A stretch of DNA of 64,000 bases from the NCBI GenBank assembly GCA_003252295.1, contig QKEV01000015.1, positions 24,242-88,241 of the forward strand, given 5' to 3'. How positions within the stretch are numbered: position 1 is the first letter of the stretch; every line of letters begins with the position of its first letter. The notes below the pieces were generated by a model. The model saw nothing but the letters and a program-made list of their open reading frames with translations, had not been told where the DNA came from and did no database searches. Shown here piece by piece: positions 45,033-52,907 of the stretch. The position numbers were made by a program, and so were the translations under genes. Origin of the DNA: a bacterium. GTDB lineage: Bacteria > Patescibacteriota > Minisyncoccia > Phycocordibacterales > UBA12088.

Positions 45033-45722
45033 ATGAGCAAGGTCATATTTGGCACTAATAAAGACAAAGATTTCAGAAACCATCTTATACAGCTGAGATG
45101 GCGAAATAAAACTGGTTTTACGTATTCTCCAGCAGAAAGTGAGTACTTTGATTCTCTGGAGAGATGTAAGGATGAGCTTGAGCAATGGAAGCTGTTTGAA
45201 GATTACTCACGTGAGTATTATTTGGAGGACAATAAACAGACAATTAATTCTGTTTTAAGTTATTTTCAAACATTGTGGAATAATGTTGAAGAAGTGTATG
45301 TTAAAAAAATGGAAGAAATGCACAATAAAGTATTTCCTTACAAAACAGTTTATGGTTATTTGTCTACGTCGCCAGGTGGCTGGGGCTTCAATTTAAATAA
45401 AAAAAACCCTTGGTTTGCATGTCCCAATAAAAAGAATGACAAGTTCCTAAAAGTTGCAATGCATGAACTCATGCATGGTTTTTTTATTGAATATTTTAGA
45501 GATGACTTAAAAGAAAAATACCGTTTAACTGACAACAAACTTTGGGATATTCAAGAGTCATTAACGGTGCTTCTAAATATTGAATTAGGTGATATTCTGC
45601 CTCACAAAGACTTGGGGTATCCACAACACAAAGAGTTACGCGAAGAAGTTAAGTCGGTATGGTTAGAGACAAGTGATATTGATGAGGTCCTGCGACGTGC
45701 AAGTCAATTTACTAAAGGGTAA
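45033..45722 (+). CDS. HExxH-motif protein, putative zinc metallopeptidase-like (229 aa)
   Basis: AMHELMHGFF is the only recognisable motif. No signal peptide. An A8 homopolymer lies in the CDS at 45399-45406. Confidence 0.5.
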   Translation: MSKVIFGTNKDKDFRNHLIQLRWRNKTGFTYSPAESEYFDSLERCKDELEQWKLFEDYSREYYLEDNKQTINSVLSYFQTLWNNVEEVYVKKMEEMHNKVFPYKTVYGYLSTSPGGWGFNLNKKNPWFACPNKKNDKFLKVAMHELMHGFFIEYFRDDLKEKYRLTDNKLWDIQESLTVLLNIELGDILPHKDLGYPQHKELREEVKSVWLETSDIDEVLRRASQFTKG

Positions 45723-45902
45723 TACCTTTGACTATTTTGTTTATACAAACGAAATGTGTTTGTAATTATTAAAAACTAATTTTAGTTGTTCTCTAACGAT
45801 AAATTTTGTTGTTGTAATGCTGATGCAACAGGACTTCTTTCCAGTTTTCTTTCCCATTCTACCCAGTTCACGTTTATAAAGGTGCTTAGGTGTTGGAGCC
45901 CT

Positions 45903-45951
45903 TAGAAAAGCACTATTCTTAGTGCTTTTCTGCGTATAGGGGGAACAGGAT
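45903..45951 (+). repeat. copy 2 of the 49-bp direct repeat
   Basis: 46 of 49 positions identical to 40868-40916. Preceded by a GGAGCC tRNA-end-like remnant. Confidence 0.85.
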
Positions 45952-46059
45952 TTGAACCATACTAAATACTATATAGTAAATATAACAATATTATGCTAAA
46001 ACACAGGTAGAAAAATAAATGACCACAATACCTAATATCAAATATGGAGGTTGTTGCAT

Positions 46060-47232
46060 ATGCAAACTGATCAAGTTTTGTCGGCACTGTACGAGTGTTT
46101 TCGTGGGAAGGGTTGGAGGTTATATACCTGCACTACATGTAATAATCTCATTTTCTCAAAAAATGCGAAAACACTTTGTTGGAGAAGGAAAGAATGTGGG
46201 CAAGAAAAAAAGTTTTTGTCATTACCAAAACAGAAAGCGATGGTAGTTCCGGGGCAAATCAAGGATGTAATAGAAAAAGCTGCTACAAAAAAGGGTTACA
46301 ATCGCGTGGAAAGTATTCCACTTACCGCTAACCATGGGAAAACAGATTTAATTATTGCTGGTGTACAGCTGTATAACGATGTAATTCATGGGAAAGCAAT
46401 ACAATCTTGCTTTCCTGACCGTTGTGTAATATCTCAACCGTGTGTACGGATGCAGTTTGCTGATAAGGTTGGTAAAGTAGATGGTATTTCGACCGCATTT
46501 GTAAACACATGTACCGAGCACGTTGGAGCTACGGTTGTCGAACATGCATTTGCCGTGGATTTTTGGCTAGACGTGCTTTCATGCCTTGGTTTGCATGTGT
46601 GTGATGTGTCGCTGGTATATCGTACAAAGAAACGAAATTGGGGGACAGGTGATTTTCTTTCCCATGATTTATTTTTTATGTATGGTGATTTAGAACTGGG
46701 TGATGCTTCCTATGCAGTTGTCCCAACTAGGTGTGCAGGTGGTTCAGGGGTATTGCAGATTAGTGACGTAGGCTTTGGGGTAGAACGAATCGGATGGGCA
46801 ATCAATAAAACTGATACGTACTATGACGTGTTACAACCATGGGACATGCAGTATACGACAGAAGTTAACGATCTGTACCGTACACTTACGTTACTTGCTA
46901 TGACCGGTGTTAAACCTGGACCAAAAGGTGCAGGGTTACAGTTTCGTCGCCTTGCAAAACAATTATACCTTCTGACTCCAAACATCTTTTCATTTGGTCT
47001 TGTAAGTTACTATTTTCGGTATTGGGGTTCGTTTACGACATGTCTTTGTGGATTAGAAGTTTCTTCTTCTGTAATTTCTCGCGAGTATGATAGGTTGCGT
47101 AACAATGGGATCGCAAGTAACAATAATTGGCCTGCCCCAAAAAATGATGAGAGTACAGAAGAATACCTTGAAAGAATGGTGTATAGTAAAATAGTAACTC
47201 CCAGTGAGTTGCGTAAGATGTACACACCATGA
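46060..47232 (+). CDS. alanyl-tRNA-synthetase catalytic-core paralog (class IIc fold) with N-terminal Cys-rich zinc-ribbon-like segment; lacks tRNA-recognition, editing and C-Ala domains
   Basis: Collinear with the AlaRS N-domain. VIEKAATKKGYNRVESIPL…DLIIAGVQ compares with F…KGH.V.SS.LVP.NDPTLLFTNAGM. SQPCVRMQF compares with TSQ.C.RAGG. ISDVGFGVERIGWAINKTDTYYDVL compares with VDTGMGLERLAAVLQ…SNYD.DLF (motif 3). About 390 aa against about 870 aa for AlaRS. ATG at 46060 with a GGAGG SD. Confidence 0.6.
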   Translation: MQTDQVLSALYECFRGKGWRLYTCTTCNNLIFSKNAKTLCWRRKECGQEKKFLSLPKQKAMVVPGQIKDVIEKAATKKGYNRVESIPLTANHGKTDLIIAGVQLYNDVIHGKAIQSCFPDRCVISQPCVRMQFADKVGKVDGISTAFVNTCTEHVGATVVEHAFAVDFWLDVLSCLGLHVCDVSLVYRTKKRNWGTGDFLSHDLFFMYGDLELGDASYAVVPTRCAGGSGVLQISDVGFGVERIGWAINKTDTYYDVLQPWDMQYTTEVNDLYRTLTLLAMTGVKPGPKGAGLQFRRLAKQLYLLTPNIFSFGLVSYYFRYWGSFTTCLCGLEVSSSVISREYDRLRNNGIASNNNWPAPKNDESTEEYLERMVYSKIVTPSELRKMYTP

Positions 47233-47918
47233 AAAAACAAAAACTAAAGCTATACTTGTCTGGGGGTGGTGACGAAACACAGTCATTCGCCCTCGACAAG
47301 CTTTTTTTTACTTCAATTCCTGAAAATGGAAAGGTTTTGTATATACCTATAGCTTTACGTGGTCACAAACTCTTTTTAAATGCACATATGTGGTTTTCTG
47401 GTGTAGTAAAGAAACATGGTCGTGATGATATACAGGTTGTGCGTTGTGATGATGTTGACACAATAACAATTAAGAAAATATCTCTGTATGATGCTGTGTA
47501 TATAGGTGGAGGAAATACTTGGTCACTTATAAAAGAAGTATCTGAAGCTGGTTTTGATGAAGTGTTAAAAAAATATATAACAGAAGGAGGGGTGGTATAC
47601 GGCGGGAGTGCTGGTGCAATTCTTCTTGGCACTTGTATTGATACAAGTGATGATGAAAATGTTGTGAAATGGAATAATATAAATGGATTAGATCTTATTT
47701 CTCCTTACTCAGTGGTTTGTCACTATACGGAAGTCATGGAGAAACGATATTCTGGTTGGGCAAACAAACATGGACCTATTATTTGCATTCCTGAAAATGC
47801 AGGGATGTACACAGAAGGTAACAGTTTGGTAAATTGTGGTAACGGTATGATAACCGTTTTTGATACTTCTGGAAAAAAAATAGAATACTCTGCAAATGAG
47901 TGCTTAATGTTCGAATAA
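47229..47918 (+). CDS. peptidase S51 family (dipeptidase E / cyanophycinase-like)
   Basis: VYIGGGNTWSLI, GGSAGAILL (Ser nucleophile) and a downstream His, collinear with PepE. Start overlaps the AlaRS-like stop (ATGA). Confidence 0.75.
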   Translation: MKKQKLKLYLSGGGDETQSFALDKLFFTSIPENGKVLYIPIALRGHKLFLNAHMWFSGVVKKHGRDDIQVVRCDDVDTITIKKISLYDAVYIGGGNTWSLIKEVSEAGFDEVLKKYITEGGVVYGGSAGAILLGTCIDTSDDENVVKWNNINGLDLISPYSVVCHYTEVMEKRYSGWANKHGPIICIPENAGMYTEGNSLVNCGNGMITVFDTSGKKIEYSANECLMFE

Positions 47919-47923
47919 ACTGT

Positions 47924-47952
47924 AAAAGCACTTCGGGTATCGAAGTGCTTTT
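47924..47952. terminator. bidirectional terminator
   Basis: AAAAGCACTTCG-GGTAT-CGAAGTGCTTTT between the convergent S51 gene and the SAM-synthetase gene. Confidence 0.8.
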
Positions 47953-47968
47953 ATTGTCAAACCAGTTC

Positions 47969-49225
47969 TCAGTAAAGGATGCATTTACCTTCAATGATTT
48001 CCTGAGAAAGAACAGAAAGGTTTTTCATAGTATCAATGTAAATATCTTTCACTGTATCTTCGTGCCTCCCGAGTAGTTTGGGTCTGTTTATTTCTATAGA
48101 AGCCATCCAAGGATCATCCAGGTTTCTGCCCATCTGGGATGTGATAAACACCTTACATTCTGTGTTTATTGCATTGAATACATTGTCCGCAATTCTTTGT
48201 GCTGCTGCTGTGTACAGTTTTCCAACATGGTAAATAGGATTTTTGCCACAACATGCCTCCATACTCATGTTTCTTGTAAACGGGATAATGCCGTTATGTC
48301 GGTTCCCTCGACCTACCACACCTTCGTCACCGCTTTCGATGGCACTTCCTATGGCAGTTAAGTAAAAATCTTGACGAGCCGCATTATCACGAGTATTTAA
48401 CTCAACTGAGTAGTTGTAGTACGGATACATTGTCTTTGCGTGTCCCAGTATTATCTCTGAAACCTCTTGAAGAGATTTGCGATAAAAAACCAGGGAGTTT
48501 GTATACGCAGCGACAAATGGTATACATGCGGTGATTTTTACGTTTCTGCCATTTCTTACTGACATAACCTTGATGTCAGTACCAACATAAGGATGCTCCT
48601 TTTTAAAACCCTTAAATTCGTTGAGTTGGTTTTCGATAGCAATGGTAAGTAGTTCTATTTCGCTTAACGGAGCATACGCCACAGCAGTTGAAGTGTCGTT
48701 GGAGCGGAGATCATTGTCGTGATAACGGGCAAATTTTATGTTCGGTACTGTAAAAAAATGCCCGCGTTCATTTTTTGTATTACCGTCCTTGCTATGTACA
48801 ACCCCCGGTCCGGGTGCCATATGAGTGTTGTCAATAATTGTTAGCCATTGTTCAACGTCAAGGAGCGGCATTACAGCTTTAAAGTGTTTCTTTGCAGCAT
48901 TGCTCGCGATATCAAGATAAGGTACCTCGCGTCCTTCAAAGTCTTTAGTAAAACGACAGTTCAGGTATAGGTGTATCGGACGTTCCATAAATCCTTTACC
49001 AAACTGAACGTGTGAGGCTCCTCCAGCAAGTGCAATTTTGTCCACCATGTGTCGTAACACCACACCGTGTTCATTAAGAGTGTATTGTGAATATGCCTGT
49101 GAAATTTTTTCAGCAATTGTGTCACAGAGTGTGTCTGGGTGACCTATTCCCTTTCGTTCCACCACCTCAAACGGTGTTTCTGAGCAAAGTGTGTTTTGTT
49201 GAGCAATAACTGTAAAATTGTTCAT
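47969..49225 (-). CDS. S-adenosylmethionine synthetase, archaeal type (MAT)
   Basis: ERKGIGHPDTLCDTIAE N-terminal motif and overall collinearity with the archaeal AdoMet synthetase family, not bacterial MetK. Confidence 0.8.
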   Translation of the reverse strand: MNNFTVIAQQNTLCSETPFEVVERKGIGHPDTLCDTIAEKISQAYSQYTLNEHGVVLRHMVDKIALAGGASHVQFGKGFMERPIHLYLNCRFTKDFEGREVPYLDIASNAAKKHFKAVMPLLDVEQWLTIIDNTHMAPGPGVVHSKDGNTKNERGHFFTVPNIKFARYHDNDLRSNDTSTAVAYAPLSEIELLTIAIENQLNEFKGFKKEHPYVGTDIKVMSVRNGRNVKITACIPFVAAYTNSLVFYRKSLQEVSEIILGHAKTMYPYYNYSVELNTRDNAARQDFYLTAIGSAIESGDEGVVGRGNRHNGIIPFTRNMSMEACCGKNPIYHVGKLYTAAAQRIADNVFNAINTECKVFITSQMGRNLDDPWMASIEINRPKLLGRHEDTVKDIYIDTMKNLSVLSQEIIEGKCILY

Positions 49226-49372
49226 CGTATCTCTCCTTTAGGTTTCCTTGATTGTGAGCTTCTCTTTTCTGCACCTGTAATAACACGTTTATTTTACTAT
49301 TTCAATAGTAGAGCTTTGTCTTCGGTAAGTGCAATACATAAACTTTGTATATTTTTTTGCACTGTCTTTCAC

Positions 49373-49437
49373 TTCACAGTTCTGAACTTGTCCAAGAGTG
49401 GGAGTAAAGAGATTAAGCACCAGAAATGGTGCTTTTT
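49373..49437 (+). repeat. island repeat unit R5 (…TTCACAGTTCTGAACTTGTCCAAGAGTGGGAG…) plus hairpin AGCACCAGAAATGGTGCTTTTT
   Basis: Third full copy of the AGTTCTGAACTTGTCCA element with a degenerate tRNA-end segment, again followed by a terminator-like hairpin. Confidence 0.7.
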
Positions 49438-49463
49438 AATATCAGCTTAAAAATTACGATATA

Positions 49464-49492
49464 TTGACAAAATAGATATTTATGATTATATA
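49464..49492 (+). promoter_or_regulatory. sigma70-like promoter TTGACA-N17-TATATA for lemA
   Basis: Hexamers at 49464-49469 and 49487-49492. About 80 nt upstream of the lemA start. Confidence 0.55.
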
Positions 49493-49571
49493 TCAAAGGT
49501 TTTGTCATGGTGACACTTTCATGGAGATGGTGCACCACTTTTCAAAAAACATATAGAAAAAGGGGAAACAC

Positions 49572-50162
49572 ATGAACAAAGTGCTCGTAGGACTTCTTGT
49601 AATCGTTGCAGTGGTTGTAGTAACCGTTTGGACTGGCTACAATGGCATCGTAACGAAGGATGAGGATGTCAGTAAGTCGTGGAGCGAAGTACAAAATCAG
49701 CTTAAACGGCGGTCAGACCTTATTCCAAATCTTGTTAAGACCGTTGAAGAGTATGCAAAGCATGAGCGCGGTGTGTTCAATGAGGTTACCGAGGCTCGAG
49801 CAAAAGTTTCGCAGGCGATCAACATCAATGCATCAGACCTGGCAAACAACCCTATGTTGCAAAAGCAACTCAGTGAAGCTCAGCAAAGCTTGAATGCTTC
49901 CCTGAGCCGACTCATTGCAGTATCGGAAAACTATCCAGATCTCAAAGCGAACCAAAACTTCCTCAAGCTCCAAGATGAGCTTGCTGGGACGGAAAATAGG
50001 ATTGCGGTTGCACGTGGTCGTGCTATTGATTCGACGAACAGCTACAATGCTTCCCGTCGCCGGTTCCCTGTAAATCTGCTTGCAAACTTCTTTGGTTTCG
50101 GAGCCAAAGAGTATTACAAAGCAGAGGAGAGTGCTCAGGCGGTGCCGGTTGTATTCAACTGA
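49572..50162 (+). CDS. lemA: LemA family protein
   Basis: N-terminal TM, then a LemA-like domain (…WSEVQNQLKRRSDLIPNLV…YNASRRRFP…). Confidence 0.8.
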   Translation: MNKVLVGLLVIVAVVVVTVWTGYNGIVTKDEDVSKSWSEVQNQLKRRSDLIPNLVKTVEEYAKHERGVFNEVTEARAKVSQAININASDLANNPMLQKQLSEAQQSLNASLSRLIAVSENYPDLKANQNFLKLQDELAGTENRIAVARGRAIDSTNSYNASRRRFPVNLLANFFGFGAKEYYKAEESAQAVPVVFN

Positions 50163-50182
50163 ACCACAACAGGAGGGGTGAT

Positions 50183-51028
50183 ATGAAGTTTCGGTCTATT
50201 ATGACGATCGTGATCGCATTTTGCACATTCACGTTCGCTACGGCATCAATTGCTGCATCGGTTCCAAAGCTCACGGGGCACGTAAATGATTACGCTGGTC
50301 TCATGAGTAAGGAGCAACGTGCTGTGCTTGAACAGACGCTGACGGATCTCGAAAAACGTACCACCGCACAGGTTGCCATCCTCACGGTCAAAAACCTTAA
50401 TGGTGAAGACCTTGAGGATTACTCAATCAATGTTGCAAGTACCTGGAAACTCGGTCAAAAGGATGTCGATAATGGCCTCCTTATCCTCTATACGGTACAG
50501 GAAGATAAGTACAGAGTAGAGGTGGGTTACGGACTTGAGGGCGGTATTCCTGACGGTAAGGCGGGTGACATTATCCGTCAAAAGCTACGTGCACATGCTG
50601 ACCCATCAAAAGGTCTTCATGATTTTTCTGCAGGGTTCAATGCTGCTGTGCAGTCAATCTCAGACATAATTACCAAAGAGTACGCTAAAGATCCAACCGG
50701 AAAGAGTCTTGCAAAAGATACTAGTGGTGAAAAATTGATCTTCGTTCTTATTGCCATTGCCCTTGTTGCAAATGTTGTGGGACTACTTACTGGTGAAATA
50801 CCTGGTACGATCATAGGTTGTGGTATAGGGTTCACTGGAGCGTGGCTGCTCGGATATGCTTTGTTTGGATACATTATGTTAGCTTTGCTTGGGGCCATTT
50901 GTGGTTTTGTCGGAAGAGAAGTATCCGTTGTTGATATTGCTCTAAGTAGTAGCTCAGGCGGTGGCGGTTTAGGCGGCGGATTCAGTGGCGGCGGTGGCGG
51001 TTTCGGCGGTGGCGGCGCAAGCGGTTGA
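50183..51028 (+). CDS. TPM-domain (YgcG/TLP18.3-like) protein with C-terminal TM and Gly-rich tail
   Basis: Signal peptide, TPM domain (…GHVNDYAGLMS…AQVAILTV…), TM helices, GGGGFGGGG tail. Classic LemA-TPM pairing. Confidence 0.8.
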   Translation: MKFRSIMTIVIAFCTFTFATASIAASVPKLTGHVNDYAGLMSKEQRAVLEQTLTDLEKRTTAQVAILTVKNLNGEDLEDYSINVASTWKLGQKDVDNGLLILYTVQEDKYRVEVGYGLEGGIPDGKAGDIIRQKLRAHADPSKGLHDFSAGFNAAVQSISDIITKEYAKDPTGKSLAKDTSGEKLIFVLIAIALVANVVGLLTGEIPGTIIGCGIGFTGAWLLGYALFGYIMLALLGAICGFVGREVSVVDIALSSSSGGGGLGGGFSGGGGGFGGGGASG

Positions 51029-51050
51029 TGTTAAATCTTTTTCTTTTTAA

Positions 51051-51080
51051 AAAGGCCAGGAGCATGCTCTTGGCCTTTTA
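51051..51080 (+). terminator. rho-independent terminator
   Basis: AAAGGCCAGG…CTTGGCCTTT hairpin followed by TATGTTTCTTTTTTT. Confidence 0.7.
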
Positions 51081-51569
51081 TGTTTCTTTTTTTAAAAATG
51101 CTATATATCGACAAATAAAACATTGTTGTACATTATCTCCAGGAACCGTAGTTTACATAGCACTTTAAATATTTTTTTGGGAGGATATATGTCTGCCGTA
51201 ACTACAATAATTCGTCTGTCTCAAAACAGTGTCAATGATCTGTTTGCAAGGCAGGAGCGTGTCTTGTCATGAGTAACGATGAAACAACTCTAGATGTTAA
51301 AGTTGATCTTACCAGGTATAGGATTGTTTTTTTTCCACTCTGATGAACTTCATGACAACTTCAGTATGCCAGAAGGAAAATATGACAGGGTAAGGTTGAT
51401 TAAAAAATCTTCAAACAGAAAGCGGTTAGTAAAAGAGACGAGTGATAATGTTATGATGAAGTGATCATTACTAAAAGTAGCGACACAAACCCACTAATAA
51501 GAGCAGTACTCTCATTAGCGGGTTTTCTTTTACGTATGGTTATTTCATGATTAAGACTGTTGATTTTGT

Positions 51570-51941
51570 TTAACTTTTCTTGCTAATAAACAAGAAAAGT
51601 AATGACACTACAATCAGTGGGATACCAACCATAAAGTAGTACACTGAGTATGTTGTGTCTGCTCCAGCAATATCTATGACACCTTGGTACATACTGCCAA
51701 CAGTGAGTGTTGCCACCCCGGCATTGTATAGGTTGTACGAAACTCTTTCATACTCACCTCTGAAGTAGAGTGCTGTGTACACACCTACACCAAGGACAAG
51801 TGGGTACAGAAAAGCAAGTCGCATGCTGTTTGATATGACACCGTGTCCAAGGTACGAGTAGACATTACTAAAAACTATGCAGAAGAGTGTTACTGCTGAG
51901 TACACCATGATTGTTTTTTTAAGTGTCTTCTTTGTGTTCAT
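51570..51941 (-). CDS. small polytopic membrane protein, hypothetical
   Basis: Four predicted TM segments. Upstream of, and co-oriented with, the glycan genes. Confidence 0.45.
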   Translation of the reverse strand: MNTKKTLKKTIMVYSAVTLFCIVFSNVYSYLGHGVISNSMRLAFLYPLVLGVGVYTALYFRGEYERVSYNLYNAGVATLTVGSMYQGVIDIAGADTTYSVYYFMVGIPLIVVSLLFLFISKKS

Positions 51942-51943
51942 GT

Positions 51944-52891
51944 TTAGTATCCGATGTAAATAATGTCACTCACAGCCCGCTCACCTATACCGTGTCCAGA
52001 TGTTGGGTTGTTCACAACCTCACCATTAAAGATCATGGTAGATGAACCACCTCCATCTAAGTTGTACGCAACGGTGCATCCATAATCCTGCATGATTGTC
52101 GCGAGCTCATAGAGTGAAAGACCAGCACTGGCGCTCGTTCGTCCATCAGAGACCACAAATATGTAGTGTTGTGGATCGATCATGCCGATTGCTGTTCTCG
52201 GGTTACTGTTCATGGATCGTGAGGATACCTCTGAGTTGGTGTCCACGGTGAGTTCCCCTTCTACTATGAGACTTGGTCCAAAGGAGTATATCTGTACTGC
52301 TCCATCATTGAGAAGTTCTTCTGCATCAGTACTACTTTCGTCAACAACAGCAAAGCTACCATCGCTATAAATGACCAGATCTTCCGTACCATCACTTTGA
52401 GCTGTGCTTCGATATAGAACGCCATTTCGAAGCACAAAGCCATTGTTTCTAAAGCCGTAGTAGTCTCCATTTATTGCTAAGATGGCATTGTGGTTACTTG
52501 CTATAGTGGAAGTGTGTTCACTGATATTTCTACCGTAGCTATTTTCAGCAAATGCACTCTGCAGGTACTCAACACTGCTCACCTGAACATCAGCAATGTA
52601 CACCTCTGTATCGTACTCATTGACCGTGTGTAGTGTAATCTGTATGTTTTCATCCGCATATGTTGTATCCGTTATTGTTGCTTCATTGGTAGTCACTTCG
52701 GATGTTGCACCTATTGCTGTGCTGTTTGTTGTGTCAGTGTAGGCGAGTGTTTGTGTATTCTCTTTTGACACCTCAACCACTTCGTACCTCTGCACAATCA
52801 CAAAGGTGCTCAATAAGAACCAAACAGTTATTGTTGCAAGGAGTAGTGTGTATGTAATACCAAATATGCTTTTGTATCGTATAGGTTCCAT
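51944..52891 (-). CDS. phosphodiester glycosidase family protein (DUF2233/NAGPA-like), membrane-anchored
   Basis: NGDYYGF…RTAIGM…DGGGSS motifs. N-terminal TM. Confidence 0.65.
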   Translation of the reverse strand: MEPIRYKSIFGITYTLLLATITVWFLLSTFVIVQRYEVVEVSKENTQTLAYTDTTNSTAIGATSEVTTNEATITDTTYADENIQITLHTVNEYDTEVYIADVQVSSVEYLQSAFAENSYGRNISEHTSTIASNHNAILAINGDYYGFRNNGFVLRNGVLYRSTAQSDGTEDLVIYSDGSFAVVDESSTDAEELLNDGAVQIYSFGPSLIVEGELTVDTNSEVSSRSMNSNPRTAIGMIDPQHYIFVVSDGRTSASAGLSLYELATIMQDYGCTVAYNLDGGGSSTMIFNGEVVNNPTSGHGIGERAVSDIIYIGY

Positions 52892-52907
52892 GATGGTTCT
52901 TGTCGTG

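Noticed and set aside
45940-45960. GGATTTGAACC (reverse complement of T-loop-like GGTTCAAATCC) as a minus-strand tRNA
   Set aside because: Flanking sequence does not form T or acceptor stems.
49226-49372. SAM riboswitch in the 5' leader of the SAM-synthetase gene
   Set aside because: Leader lacks the conserved SAM-I/SAM-II core elements on inspection. Left as an open question for an Rfam scan.
40791-49440. Classical integron (intI/attI/attC) interpretation of the cassette island
   Set aside because: No intI gene. Repeats lack the attC R''/L''-L'/R' core architecture and instead derive from the tRNA 3' end.
51081-51569. Short ORFs (24-27 aa) in the AT-rich gap after the TPM gene
   Set aside because: No SD, no conservation signal, very short. 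Probably a promoter/terminator region.
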